This document shows positions 1 to 11,583 of a DNA stretch of 64,000 nt, in pieces. Origin of the DNA: Nemertoderma westbladi (taxonomy: Eukaryota > Animalia > Xenacoelomorpha). Under the pieces are notes generated by a model. That model was not told where the DNA came from and did not search any database. It saw only the letters and a list, made by a program, of their open reading frames with translations. The stretch's first letter is position 1. Every line of letters begins with the position of its first letter. The position numbers and the translations under genes were made by a program. Where the stretch lies: positions 1 to 64,000 of the forward strand of contig JAUCBJ010008979.1 of the NCBI GenBank assembly GCA_032718475.1. The letters run 5' to 3'.

Positions 1-1048
1 TTTCCTAAAAATCTATTGTCTTCCTAATAGTGAAAACAGTTTTCAAAAATATTGGGAAGTTTTCGAGTTATAGCACCATTTTTTAACCCTACTTTTGGCA
101 CGTTTTTTGAAAATTACATTGCATGAAATATGATTTGTAACAACTCTATTTTTGATTTACCCCGGTTTTTTGTTGTTTGCCATTAGATGGAATTCATGTA
201 AATTAATTTATAAATTTCAAACTTGTTTTTTACGGCGGTTGCCAAATTTTGATGCCAGCACCAAATTTTGAAATATCTCACTTTTGTAAATTGATTGTTT
301 GAACCTGTTTTTTTGCGCAATAGGGGTTTTTTGTGGTTATGGTTTCGATGGAATAAATACGAGTTGCACCAGGGTTATCAAACTTGTTTTTTTCGGTGCT
401 GTGGGCAAAACTTTGGCGCCAGCACGAAATTTTGAAAATACATTCAATAGTTCAATTGCCTGTGACAATTTATTTCTCGCGTTTTAGAGGTTTAAGGCGG
501 TTCTGAATCCAATGGAATAAATAATTATCTAACTAGACATCTCAAACTTGTATTTTTCGGAAGTGGATGCAAAATTTCTTGCTAGCACCAAATTTTGAAA
601 TCCATCAAATAAATCAAATGAATGGGTATTTACTTTATACTGGTTTGAGAGGGTTCTAAATTCAATGGAATAAGGTAAAATTGCATAAGAGTTTTCAAAC
701 TTGTATTACAAATTCTTTTCAAATTTTTGAAAATAAGCAAGATAGTATCATCTTGTTTCTTGCGTTATACGGGTGTCTGACTGCGAGGGTCCTGAATCCG
801 ATGAAATCAATAAAAACAGCACACAGGACATATCAAACTTGTACTTTTTGGTGATGGGCACGAAATTTTGTGCTAGCACCAAAATTTACCATATTACGCC
901 GAAAAATACGAGTAGCAACTGAGCAATGATCTGGAAAATTTGAAATGTGTTCCATTAGAATCAGCGTCCCAGAAAACCTGAAAATATGAATTTATACAGT
1001 AGCATCGTATTGGTGAATTAATAATTTTATACCCTGGTACTAATAGGG
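1..1048. mobile_element. Right end of a probable non-autonomous piggyBac-like DNA transposon; left end outside the window
   Basis: Ends in ...ACCCTGGTACTAATAGGG followed by TTAA (1049-1052), the piggyBac-type GGG|TTAA terminus. The interior is non-coding with degenerate repeats. Only one end is visible. Confidence 0.45.
218..890. repeat. Degenerate ~160-bp tandem repeats
   Basis: The motif CAAACTTGT recurs near 218, 380, 543, 697 and 834, most copies followed by GC(C/T)AGCAC(C/G)AAATTTT(G). Confidence 0.6.
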
Positions 1049-1050
1049 TT

Positions 1051-1292
1051 AACATCATGAAACACTACGGGCAACATCATGAAACACTACGGGCAACATC
1101 ATGAAACACTGCGGGCAACATTATGAAATACAGCGAGCAACCTCAAGAAACAATGTGGGAAACCTCATGAAACACTGCTGCTGGCAACCTCATGAAACAC
1201 AGCGAGCAACCTCATGAAACACTGTGGGAAACCTCATGAAAGACTGGGAAACACTGTGGGCAACATCATGAAACACTGCGGGCAACCCCATA
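1051..1292. repeat. 22-bp minisatellite, about 11 degenerate copies
   Basis: Unit CAACATCATGAAACACT(A/G)CGGG repeated head to tail. Confidence 0.9.
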
Positions 1293-1535
1293 GCACATCT
1301 CAAAATGTGGAGTGTTAAAAGTATTAACTTTCAATTCGAATATAAATCTAATCTAGGAATTCCGAAGAACTTTACTTCTAACTGAAACTAAATAGAATCG
1401 TAAAAAATTGTTAATAGTCTAAATATGTGAAGTCTCAATTTGAGTTGTCGTTTACTTCTGTAAACCACAGCTGAACTCAGTGATACCCATTTCCTCTTAA
1501 TCATAGATTCTGACTGGTATTTAAAACCATCTTAC

Positions 1536-2987
1536 TACTACTAGGTCGAGCGAACTCGGACAGTGGAAATGAGATTCTTCCAACCTTCCCGATTCTCCAT
1601 AGGTGTCGCAATTTCGTTTCTCCCAAGTTCAGTATCACTTCCAAGTTGATCTATATTTGTTATGGCCGGTCGTCCACGACTACGCTTTCCATGTGTTGGT
1701 TGCCAGAAAAGTAGATCTGGTATGACCTCGTCTTTACTTCTCAAGCAGTGCCCACTGAATCTTAATCTGCATTCACGGAGGGTGGTTGATACAGATGGTA
1801 TAGTACCATAGAGCTCGGCGTTTGTTATGTGTTGTCCCAGCTGATGTTTAGGGCTGCCCTTAGTAGTCTTGTGTAGCAACGATCAATTCGGTGTTCAAGT
1901 GATTTCGTCAGTGTCCAGGTATCATCCCCGTATAAAAGTACACTTTCCATTGTGACTCGAAATAACTTAGTCTTCAGGTGCCTGGAAAGATCTGATTTCC
2001 ACATGGTATCAATTTTGATAGAGCTACCCATGCATTTGCTTTCCTAACTTCTATGTCCTTTTTGCTACTCTCTATTCATGATCCAAGATACTGGAAGTCG
2101 TAAACCTTCCTTAGTTGAGTATTATCAATTATTGTCAAGTTTCCATTAACATAAAAAGTCATGAATTCGATCTTGGTAGCATTTATATGCAATCCAACCT
2201 CCTTAGCAGCCCTCTCCACTTTATGTAGTAGAAGCTGTGCATCTGCTAGCGTATTAGAGAGCAGGGCGATGTCATCCGCAAAGTCGCTGTCTGTGACTAG
2301 TTGCCGGATATCTACTACTTCTGCGTTCTTGAAGTGTGAATGCCAGATCTTCACCCTTTGTGGCCGTCCTCATTGCGTAATCCAGTACAATTACAAATAG
2401 CAATGGCGCCAATGAGTCACCTTGCAGTACCCCAGCCAGGATTGAGAAAAACTCAGCTTCACCATCTGGTGAGAGTACCTGCGCTTCTGTGTCACAATAT
2501 AACAATCCAATGCCAGCCACAATTACCTCTGGTATTCCATAAGCTCTTAGGATTTCAAGCATTTTACCTCTATGGATGGAGTCGAATGCCTTCTTGAAGT
2601 CCTCAAGTCAGGACAACGGGGAGATTCTTTTACTTAATTCCCTCAATCAGTCTCCGTAGCGCGTGAGGTCTAATTCTATACGTTCTAATTCTTTGGCAGC
2701 TACCACAAGCAGACAGATCCCACGATAGTTTGTTGGTACACCGAGGTCGCCTTTCTTAGGGAGAGGACTTAGTTGACCTTTGTCCAAATTGGTGGTGGCT
2801 TTTCCCCTTTTAACATCCGGTTGCAAACATTCAATAATGGTCTGTTTAGCACTTCTGTTTTCCATACCTCCGCTGGGATTTCATCTAATTCACCCGCTTT
2901 ATGATTGGACATTCTTTTAATGCTTCTTTGGAGTTCGGCAGGTGTGAAGTCCCCTGTCTCTATAGGTAGTGTCTTGTCATATATTTT
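1536..2987 (-). mobile_element. 5'-truncated, frameshifted non-LTR retrotransposon (RTE group, RTE/Proto2-like); RT pseudogene
   Basis: ORF fragments give RT motifs PKKGDL..NYRGI, GVLQGDSLAP, DFADDIALL and FQYLGS, and the C-terminus HGKRSRGRP...VRVRST*. The stop codon begins a (TAG)n tail. Candidate TSD core CATCTTAC at 1528-1535 and 2994-3001. Confidence 0.9.
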
Positions 2988-3279
2988 AATAATCATCTTA
3001 CAGTGAAAAAAATATATGTTTATATCCCATGGGGACATGGCAACGGGTAATTTCCCCGTACCTTTATGGGCAAGGGAGCTTTTGCACACATACACCCTCC
3101 TGTTCATTAGTATTGAACTTAAATATATATTTATATTTATCTATGGTTAATAGAAAGTCCTGGGCGGCCTACCAAAGAGTATAACATGTATCCTATTAGG
3201 TATCGTTTAGTAAACATTTAATATATATATATTAACATATATTATTTTTATTTTAAATATATATATATTAAATACATAC

Positions 3280-3399
3280 ATTGCTCTGCCTGGTTGTTTG
3301 TCGATAGAAGTGAATTCAAATCTTCCCAATCACCAGTAGCTGTTGGATTGTCTCTATCGTACCATTGACTCAATGGTCCAGGACATTGGCTTGGGCTAC
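3280..3399 (-). CDS. Exon type A of a mucin/CILP-like WxxW (CysD) repeat gene: (G)SPSQCPGPLSQWYDRDNPTATGDWEDLNSLLSTNNQAEQ(W)
   Basis: Acceptor CCCAAACAG, donor GTATGT, 120 nt, phase 1-1. The WYDRDNP..GDWE motif is typical of the Mucin2_WxxW/CysD N-terminal half. Paralogous to 5450-5572. Confidence 0.85.
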
Positions 3400-3529
3400 C
3401 TGTTTGGGATATATAACAATATTCCTTAAACTAAATTAAAATTACTGTAGGCCTATCCTAATCGTATACATCTATCCAATACCCATAATACACTATATAT
3501 CCATACTACAATAATACTTAATACTTAAT

Positions 3530-4730
3530 ACAGCAGGAACAAACCTACCCGGACAGAAGAAACAAACCTACCCGGACACCAGGAACAAACCTACCCGGAC
3601 AGCATAAAGAAACCTACCCGCACACCAGGAACAAACATACCCGGACACCAGGAACAAACCTCCCGGACAGCATAAAGAAACCTACCTGGACAGCAGGAAC
3701 AAACCTACCCGGACACCAGGAACAAACCTACCCGGACAGCATAAAGAAACCTACCCGGACACCAGGAACAAACCTACCCGGACACCAGGAACAAACCTAC
3801 CCGGACACCAGGAACAAACCTACCCGGACAGCATAAAGAAACCTACCCGCACACCAGGAACAAACATACCCGGACACCAGGAACAAACCTCCCGGACAGC
3901 ATAAAGAAACCTACCTGGACAGCAGGAACAAACCTACCCGGACACCAGGAACAAACCTACCCGGACAGCATAAAGAAACCTACCCGCACACCAGGAACAA
4001 ACCTACCCGGACAGCATAAAGAAACCTACCCGGACACCAGGAACAAACCTACCCGGACACCAGGAACAAACCTACCCGGACAGCATAAAGAAACCTACCC
4101 GGACACCAGGAACAAACCTACCCGGACACCAGGAACAAACCTACCCGGACAGCATAAAGAAACCTACCCGGACACCAGGAACAAACCTACCCGGACACCA
4201 GGAACAAACCTACCCGGACACCAGGAACAAACCTACCCGGACAGCATAAAGAAACCTACCCGGACACCAGGAACAAACCTACCCGGACACCAGGAACAAA
4301 CCTACCCGGACAGCATAAAGAAACCTACCAGGACACAAGGAACAAACCTACCCGGACAGCAGGAACAAACCTACCCAGACAGCATAAAGAAACATACCCG
4401 GACAGCATAAAGAAACCTACCTGGACAGCAGGAACAAACCTACCCGGACACCAGGAACAAACCTACCCGGACAGCATAAAGAAACCTACCAGGACACAAG
4501 GAACAAACCTACCCGGACAGCAGGAACAAACCTACCCAGACAGCATAAAGAAACCTACCCGGACAGCATAAAGAAACCTACCTGGACAGCAGGAACAAAC
4601 CTACCCGGACAGCATAAAGAAACCTACCCGGACAGCATAAAGAAACCTACCTGGACAGCAGGAACAAACCTACCCGGACACCAGGAACAAACCTACCCGG
4701 ACAGCAGGAACAAACCTACCCGGACAGCAG
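3530..4730 (-). repeat. 23-bp minisatellite, about 50 copies, made from the exon-B/intron junction
   Basis: Plus-strand units CAGGAACAAACCTACCCGGACA(C/G) and GCATAAAGAAACCTACCCGGACA. On the minus strand they read TG(C/G)TGTCCGG|GTAGGTTT.... The first unit is the real exon end. Confidence 0.95.
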
Positions 4731-4905
4731 AACCGTATCTCATAATCATCGCACTGGTTGCCGTTGCTCTGATCACTATTTCTACAAATAAGACCATCAG
4801 CTGAATACATGTGAAAGGTGTCCCCGGTTGCCAAGGCATTGATGTGAGTTTGAGCAGTCCTAGCCTCAGAAAATACTGGTTGAAAGCAATTGTGTGCAGT
4901 AAACC
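4720..4905 (-). CDS. Exon type B of the WxxW/CysD gene: (W)FTAHNCFQPVFSEARTAQTHINALATGDTFHMYSADGLICRNSDQSNGNQCDDYEIRFCCP(G)
   Basis: Acceptor TTTATTTTTCAG, donor GTAGGT, 186 nt, phase 1-1. GLICxNxDQ...CxDYEIRFCCP is the CysD C-terminal half. Same length as exon 59921-60106. Confidence 0.88.
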
Positions 4906-5058
4906 CTGAAAAATAAACGTAATTAGGATATCATTTTTATAAAATTAATTTCAATAATAAGTGTATAACACTAGATATAGCACAGTATAATAACACTGTT
5001 GTAATAGAATCGATAGATGTAGAGTAGAAGGTGTGGACTATTTATTACGTACTGTAGA

Positions 5059-5344
5059 TTTCTGTCTATACTGGATGCTCCTCTACCAGTGTTAGGTAAC
5101 CTAACCCAGGAGGCACACTTGGTTCAGTGTGTAACAAAGGACCCCTACAGTCGGCAGCAGGGCTGTAGGCCATGGATAGGCGGAAGGTAATCAACCAACG
5201 GCTAGACATGCTGACAAGGTCGGCGGAAGGTAATCAACCAACGGCGATCTACTGCGAAGACGCTTGTAGGAGTTGCGACCACAAGCGGTTTACTCTCGCA
5301 ACTGAGAGATATTATGTCCGAGTTCGCTCGACCTAGTAGTAGTA
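5059..5344 (+). mobile_element. Non-autonomous bipartite retroposon: LINE 5' leader fused to the LINE 3' tip and (TAG)n tail
   Basis: 5061-5311 closely matches the LINE leader at 6709-6960. It is followed by TGTCCGAGTTCGCTCGACC(TAG)n, matching the LINE 3' end. 10-bp TSD GTACTGTAGA at 5049-5058 and 5345-5354. Confidence 0.9.
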
Positions 5345-5449
5345 GTACTGTAGAGTTATAGCATCGACAATAATGGACAGACATTACCAGTATTAAGTTT
5401 CACCACTGCATGGGGCACAATAATAGATTGCGGTTTATCTAATACTAAC

Positions 5450-5572
5450 ATTCGTCTGCTTGATTATTGGATGAAAGTAAGGAACTGAGTTCCTCCCAAT
5501 CCCCGGTTCCACTAGGGTTGTCTCTGTCGTACCATTGACTTATTGCTCCGTCGCATTCTGGGTGGTCTTCTT
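5450..5572 (-). CDS. Exon type A of the WxxW/CysD gene: (E)EDHPECDGAISQWYDRDNPSGTGDWEELSSLLSSNNQADE(W)
   Basis: Acceptor ATTTGCAG, donor GTTAGT, 123 nt, phase 1-1. Canonical DRDNPSGTGDxE motif. Splices in frame to exon 4905-4720 (T+GG = Trp). Confidence 0.88.
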
Positions 5573-5929
5573 CTGCAAATAACATTTTGCAATTAATAGA
5601 AGCAAGCACCCAAAAGCTTGAATTGATGGATATAATAAGATATATAGATATAAGATAGATAGATATAATAGAATTGAATTGATACAAAGTGCTCAATTGT
5701 GTAACAAAATATAATAACTGGAAAAATAATAAAAATAAAAAAACCAACTACACTGATGTAATAATTAACAATTATTTACGTGCCGTCGATACAAAGCAAT
5801 TTCAACGCCACTTTACTTCAAGGTATGTTATATTTACTTCCACAGTTTACATATGTTATATCATGTTCGCGTTATTATCATTGCCGATGTCGGGCATATA
5901 TGAAATTCATAAACTCTAATAAATGAATA

Positions 5930-6465
5930 ATCCGAAAAGTCCCGGGCACCATGTGCAAAAAACCGGAAGGGCAAAAAGTTAAAATTAATTAAGTTATGGC
6001 GGTTTTTAATGACGACTAAACAACAAAACCGTCACTCACAATGAATTCCCAGAATTCAAGTACAATCTGGCACCAGGTAGAGTTCATGGATGCCAAAGGA
6101 CAAATGCCTGAGTGGTAATGGTCGCCTAGCATGATCCTGAAAAGGATTCGGAGTAGGGTGACACTAGGCGTCAAAAAGGCAGGGGCCCCAAGCTGAGCCG
6201 GTTGGCGTAGCACCAGCCTGAAAAGGATTCATATTACATTGACACTATGCAGAGTGCGGGAGATAGGGACAGCCGAAACCCGAGCTAAGCCGCTTGACTT
6301 GCCTTAGGACCAACCCTGAAAGGGATTGCGAGGGGTGAATGGAACACAAGGGACCAACCAAGGGACTCAGACCGCCCGAGCCCTGCTGGTCAGCTTGGTG
6401 CGACCCTGAAAAGGATACGAACCCTGGTGACACTAGGCGTCGTGAGGACCAGACAAACCCCGAAG
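5930..6465. repeat. Unclassified repeat element with an internal motif array, split by the piggyBac and continuing at about 12124-12460 (and 18084-18340)
   Basis: Recurring CCTGAAA(A/G)GGAT, often followed by TGACACTAGGC. The sequence across the piggyBac TTAA rejoins into a copy of 6280-6335. The distal part has GACT/GACG microsatellite-like runs. Boundaries are approximate. Confidence 0.4.
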
Positions 6466-6708
6466 TTAACCCTCTACTGCATGATTTTCGAATTTGAGAG
6501 AAAAAATTTTTTTTTCCGTAATTTGGATAATAAATGAGCCAAACAATACCATGGAATAATAAAATTTAGAAATATTATATTATAGATCAATATTTATATT
6601 TGTATCATATTCGCTACAATATGTAATTTGTTTTGTAACACCTTGTATATTTGCATTGAAGGCAAAGGCTTGAGTATGCATCTGCAATAGAGATGATACA
6701 CGCCCCGC

Positions 6709-9078
6709 TCTGTCTATACTGGATGATCCTCTACCAGTGTTAGGTAACCTAACCCAGGAGGCACACTTGGTTAAGGGTGTAACAAAGGGACCCCTACAGT
6801 CGGCAGCAGGGCTGTAGGCCATGGATAGACGGAAGGTAATCAACCAACGGCTAGACATGCTGACAAGGTCGGCGGAAGGTAATCAACCAATGGCGACCTA
6901 CTCCGAAGACGCTTGTAGGAGTTGCGACTACAAGCGGTTTACTCTCGCAACTGAAAGATATGAGCATGAGAACCCTCCAGGAGAAATACCGGCTTGGTCG
7001 TCACCCGGGTCAACAAGGACCATCACTTAGTGGTACACCAGGCTGGGGTCGATAAATCGGCTACTGGAACAGAAGAAAGAAGAACCAACCTGCTGAAATG
7101 TAAAAAGACACTAAAGATAAATGCTACAATAAACGCACGCACGCTGAAAGCACATAACACTCAGGGTGACATGGTCGCTCTAGCAATGGAATATACCATC
7201 GACATCATCTGTATCCAAGAATATCGGATTTGTCATGAAGACACTGCCATGAAGTACAATGACATTGGAAATGGATGGATGCTATTAACAACCTCAGCAG
7301 TAAGAAACTCGGCAAATGCCTCAATTGGAGGAGTAGGAATTCTGCTAAATCCATTTGCACTTAAGACCCTAAACAACATCGAATCTATAAATCAAGACTT
7401 ACCTGGCAAACTGTGAATGAGGTATCTGGTCGAAAAAGTTGTGCAAAGGGGCGCCTCAAAGCCGATAGACCTGAAGAACGTGTTGGGAAGTGGAAAAATC
7501 ACTTCAGCAACTTGCTTGGGCAGCCACCAAACATCGAGGTCAGCCCTACAAGGAAAATATATGACAAGACACTACCTATAGAGACAGGGGACTTCATACC
7601 TGCCGAACTCCAAAGGAGCATTAAAAGCATGTCCAATAATAAAGCGAGTGGATTAGATGAAATTCCAGCGGAGGTATGGAAAACAGGAGTGCTAAACAGA
7701 CCATTATTGAATGTTTGCAACTGGATGTTAAAAGGGGAAAAGCCTCCACCAATTTGGACTAAAGGTCAACTAAAGCCTCTCCCCAAGAAAGGAGACCTCG
7801 GTATACCAACAAACTATCGTGGTATCTGTCTGCAAAATATACAATAAAATGATTCTATATAGGATTAGGCCTCACATAGAGAAACTACTGCATAAGAGCC
7901 AAAACGGATTTCGACCAAGTAGATCAACAATAGCTCAGATACTTGCACTACGGAGAGTGATTGAAGGAATTAAGTCAAAGAATCTCCCCACAGTCATGAC
8001 TTTTGTGGACTTCAAGAAGGCATTCGACTCCATCCATAGAGGTAAAATGCTTGAAATCCTAAGAGCTTATGGAATACCAGAAGTAATCATTGCTGCATTG
8101 GATTGTTATATTGTGACACAGAAGCACAGGTACTCTCACCAGATGGTGAAACTCTCGATTTCTCAATCCTGGCTGTGTACTGCAAGGTGACACATTAGCA
8201 CCATTACTATTTGTAATTGTACTGGATTACGCAATGAGGATGGCCACAAAGATCTGGGATTCCCACTTCAAGAATGCAGAAGTAGTAGATATCCGGCGAC
8301 TACAGTCACAGACACCGACTTTGCGGATGACATCAACCTGCTCTCTAATATGCTAGCAGATGCACAACTTCTACTGAATAAACTGGAGAGGGCTGCTAAG
8401 GAGGTTGGGTTGCATATTAATGCTACCAAGAACGAATTCATGACTTTTAATGTTGATGGAAACTTGACAACCATTGCTAATAATCAACTAAGGAAGGTTG
8501 ACGACTTCCAGTACCTAGGATTATGGATAGAGAGTAGCAAAAAGGACATAGAAGTTAGGAAAGCAAAGGCTTGGGTAGCTCTATCAAAAATGGATACCAT
8601 CTGGAAATCAGATCTCCCCCAGGCACCTGAAGACTAAGTTCTTTCGTGCCACAGTGGAAAGTGTATTTTTATACGGGGGTGAGACCTAGACACTGACTAA
8701 ATCACTTGAACAACGAATTGATGGTTGCTACACAAGACTACTAAGGGCAGCCCTAAACATCAGCTGGAGACAACACATGACAAATACCGAGCTTTATGGT
8801 ACAATACCATCTGTATCAACCACCCTCTGTGAACGCAGATTAAGATTCAGTGGGCACTGCTGGCGAAGTAAAGACGAGGTCATACCAGATCTACTTTTCT
8901 GGCAACCAACTCATGGAAAGCGTAGTCGTGGACGACTGGCCATAACATATATAGATCAACTTGAAAGGGATACTGAACTTGGGAGAAACTAAATTGCGAC
9001 CACTATGGAGAATCGGGAAGCCTGGAAGGATCTCATTTCCACTGTCCAAGTTCACTCGACTTAGTAGTAGTAGTAGTA
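6709..9078 (+). mobile_element. RTE-group LINE with intact 5' leader, internally deleted and frameshifted (APE + RT pseudogene)
   Basis: APE N-terminus (IDIICIQE..., GGVGILL), RT motifs (QNGFRPSRST, FVDFKKAFDSI, DFADDI, FQYLG) and a (TAG)5 tail. Same family as 1536-2987. No TSD found. Confidence 0.92.
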
Positions 9079-9183
9079 TATTTGCTACAATTATTTATTA
9101 ATCTTTATTTATTCACCAGTTGTAGTTATATATAAAAGACAAAGAATAATAAAGTCCACAATTGGATCGAAGGATCAAACTAA

Positions 9184-11583
9184 TTAATCTGTGTGGAATT
9201 TGAGGAAACAATTGCAAGACATGTTTAGACACAAATGAACGCGACACTTCAAACATATCAAGGGGGTGAACTGAGAACATCCTGGAAGCTTGCAACGTCC
9301 ACAGCTCTTCTTCTCTTCATCCAATACTGCCCAATGATCAACACAGACTAACCGAACTTCTTTTGGAGGCAGACAAAGAACTGGTCCCCTCTTCTTTCTT
9401 TTGAGAACAGGTTCAAGTGAGCTTCCACTAGGGTGACCTCTCTTCATTACAGTTGATTTGCTGGCGGAACATAAGGCTAACCCAATGTTAACCTTAAAAT
9501 CCATTAGGTTGTCATACTCAGGGTCGACACCTAATTGTTTGGATATCCGCCTATGTAACAACCATCCGTTCATAATTACAAGGTTAACAATGCGAAAAAA
9601 ATCCGCAAGTAATACTTGCGTACCACCCATGTGTCGATTGTAAACTTTGATTACTGCGGGACAATCTACGTCTATTTTACTCTTTAGGACTTTACTGTAA
9701 CGTTTCACAGTTCCAATGGGTTGGCTTCCAACGAAGATGGACAAAAGATAGACTAACTTGTTGTCATGCCACTTGACACAACTAAGTTCTTGCCCATCAA
9801 CGGTACAAACCCGTTCATCATAAGATCCTCTCTTCTTCATCTCATTGTCCTCTCTCATCATGCAGCCCCTCAGCCTGTTAGATCGCGCTGTACCCAATGC
9901 TAGTATTCCGAGCTACTCAGTGAAACTTGTAAATCGATAGAAGTGAAATAAATTATCAAATTATACTCAATGATTCATGTGACATGGAACGGAACTGCAT
10001 AATTGAATTACAATATGGGAGCCCCTATGTTTGGCTCATCAGGAGCCATAGTAACTGGAGCTGGCCCATATGATTGGCTCATCAGGAGCCATAGTAACTG
10101 GAGCTGGCCCATATGTTTGGCTCATCAGGAGCCATAGTAACTGGAGCTGGCCCATATATTTGGCTCATCAGGAGCCATATTAACTGGAGCTGGCCCCTAT
10201 GTTTGGCTCATCAGGAGCCGTTGTAACTGGAGCTGGCACCTATGTTTGGCTCATCAGGAGCCATCATAACTTGTCGTGTACTCAACTCAAATACATAGGC
10301 CATTCTGGAACTCCCACAAAGAACATACATTACATATCCCCATTTATGTGGTTTCTTTGGATTGTACTTCTTCAAAGTACTTCCGCCCTTGAATGGTATT
10401 ACTTGTTCGTCAAAGGATAATTCAGATTCCTTAGGAGGCGCAGGAAACGTTTTCTGAACTGATTCTAGAATTGGGTGGAACTTGAAAAGTTGGTCTATGT
10501 TATCTTTGTCAATTTGTGAGTTATCGTTAAAGTGAAGGTTGTGCTTAATATCCTCCCATCGATTAACATTCAGTATATCAGCAATTAGCGAAATGCGAAG
10601 ATTCTTAAACCAGTAGTCTCTCGTACTTGGCAAACGGATAATTGACATCATTATCGTTGTTCCAATGAATTGTTCAGTTTCCGCTTCTGTGAGACTCAAA
10701 GGTATATTTGCATTTTTCTGAACGGAATACAAGTTTGATTGATTGGTAATGAGTTCAATTAATTCTTTAGGGAATAACTTGAAAAATATTTGAAGATGAG
10801 TTTTTAGGTCCAGATATTCCTCACCCAGTTCAGAATTCCCAATAAATTCCAATTGACTCGAGACTTTTATTAGGTTTCCTTCTTTCCAGGCTAAACCTCC
10901 CCCTGTTCCACTCGTGGACTGATTAACCTGTTCCTTGTGTTTAGTAGTCGACGCGGTGTTTTTAGAAGATTTCGATTTAGTTTTTTGCCCAACAGTCTTG
11001 GATTTAGGAATATTCTTAGCCAGAGCAGTCTCAGATTTAGGATTGGCCTTGTCATTGACAATCCGTCTTCTCAGTGGAACGTGAATCGTGCAATAGAACA
11101 GGATGAGAATCTAACAAAGTCTTACGTACACATTTCGGGTATGATTTTCTGGACGTCTCATTTGTGGAACAAATAATAAGGGGTGTATTAGAAGGGACCG
11201 ATTCTACCTCAACCTCTACAGCAACATCTTCAAACAATGGAGGTAGCTCTTCATCAATCGCATTATCATCTAAATTTAATTCAGTACTTTCTCTTTGCGG
11301 GATGTCGATTGAAGATGTTTCCTGTATGTCATTTTTGTTGATAGTATCTAATTTGTCAGTCAAACCCGATGATGTAGTCGGCAAAAATTAAAATCACCAT
11401 CAAATTCGTGATCTCCAGTTACCAAATCTGATTCACCGCTACTTGAACCTTGATATTCGGATTCATTGCATTCCCGCCACTGGGTAATTCACTATCACTT
11501 GAATCATACGGTAAATTTATAATATAGATTGGGTCATTATTGCGGGTCTTCCTTTTATAAAATGCACTCGGTTGAATCTCCAT
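9184..11583 (-). pseudogene. piggyBac transposase pseudogene (DDE_Tnp_1_7 / PGBD3-like)
   Basis: Motifs SFDEQVIPFKG, YNPKKPHKWG, GTARSNRL, WHDNKLV and YNRHMGG (the following catalytic VD segment is missing), plus the C-terminal Cys-rich domain CKLPGC...CLKCRVHLCL...CFLKFH. Several frameshifts. Confidence 0.92.
10019..10266. repeat. 43-bp tandem repeat, about 5.8 copies, inside the transposase; duplicated at about 15971-16218
   Basis: TTGGCTCATCAGGAGCC recurs at 10031, 10074, 10117, 10160, 10203 and 10246. Confidence 0.95.

Noticed and set aside
3530-4730. CRISPR-like array (also considered for the 43-bp and 51-bp repeats)
   Set aside because: The units are head to tail without unique spacers, there are no cas genes, and the context is eukaryotic.
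6709-6870. Canonical HDV-like ribozyme at the LINE 5' end
   Set aside because: A P1-like pairing and a GGCTAG segment exist, but the P3/L3/P1.1 elements could not be placed. It is kept only as an unassigned structured leader.
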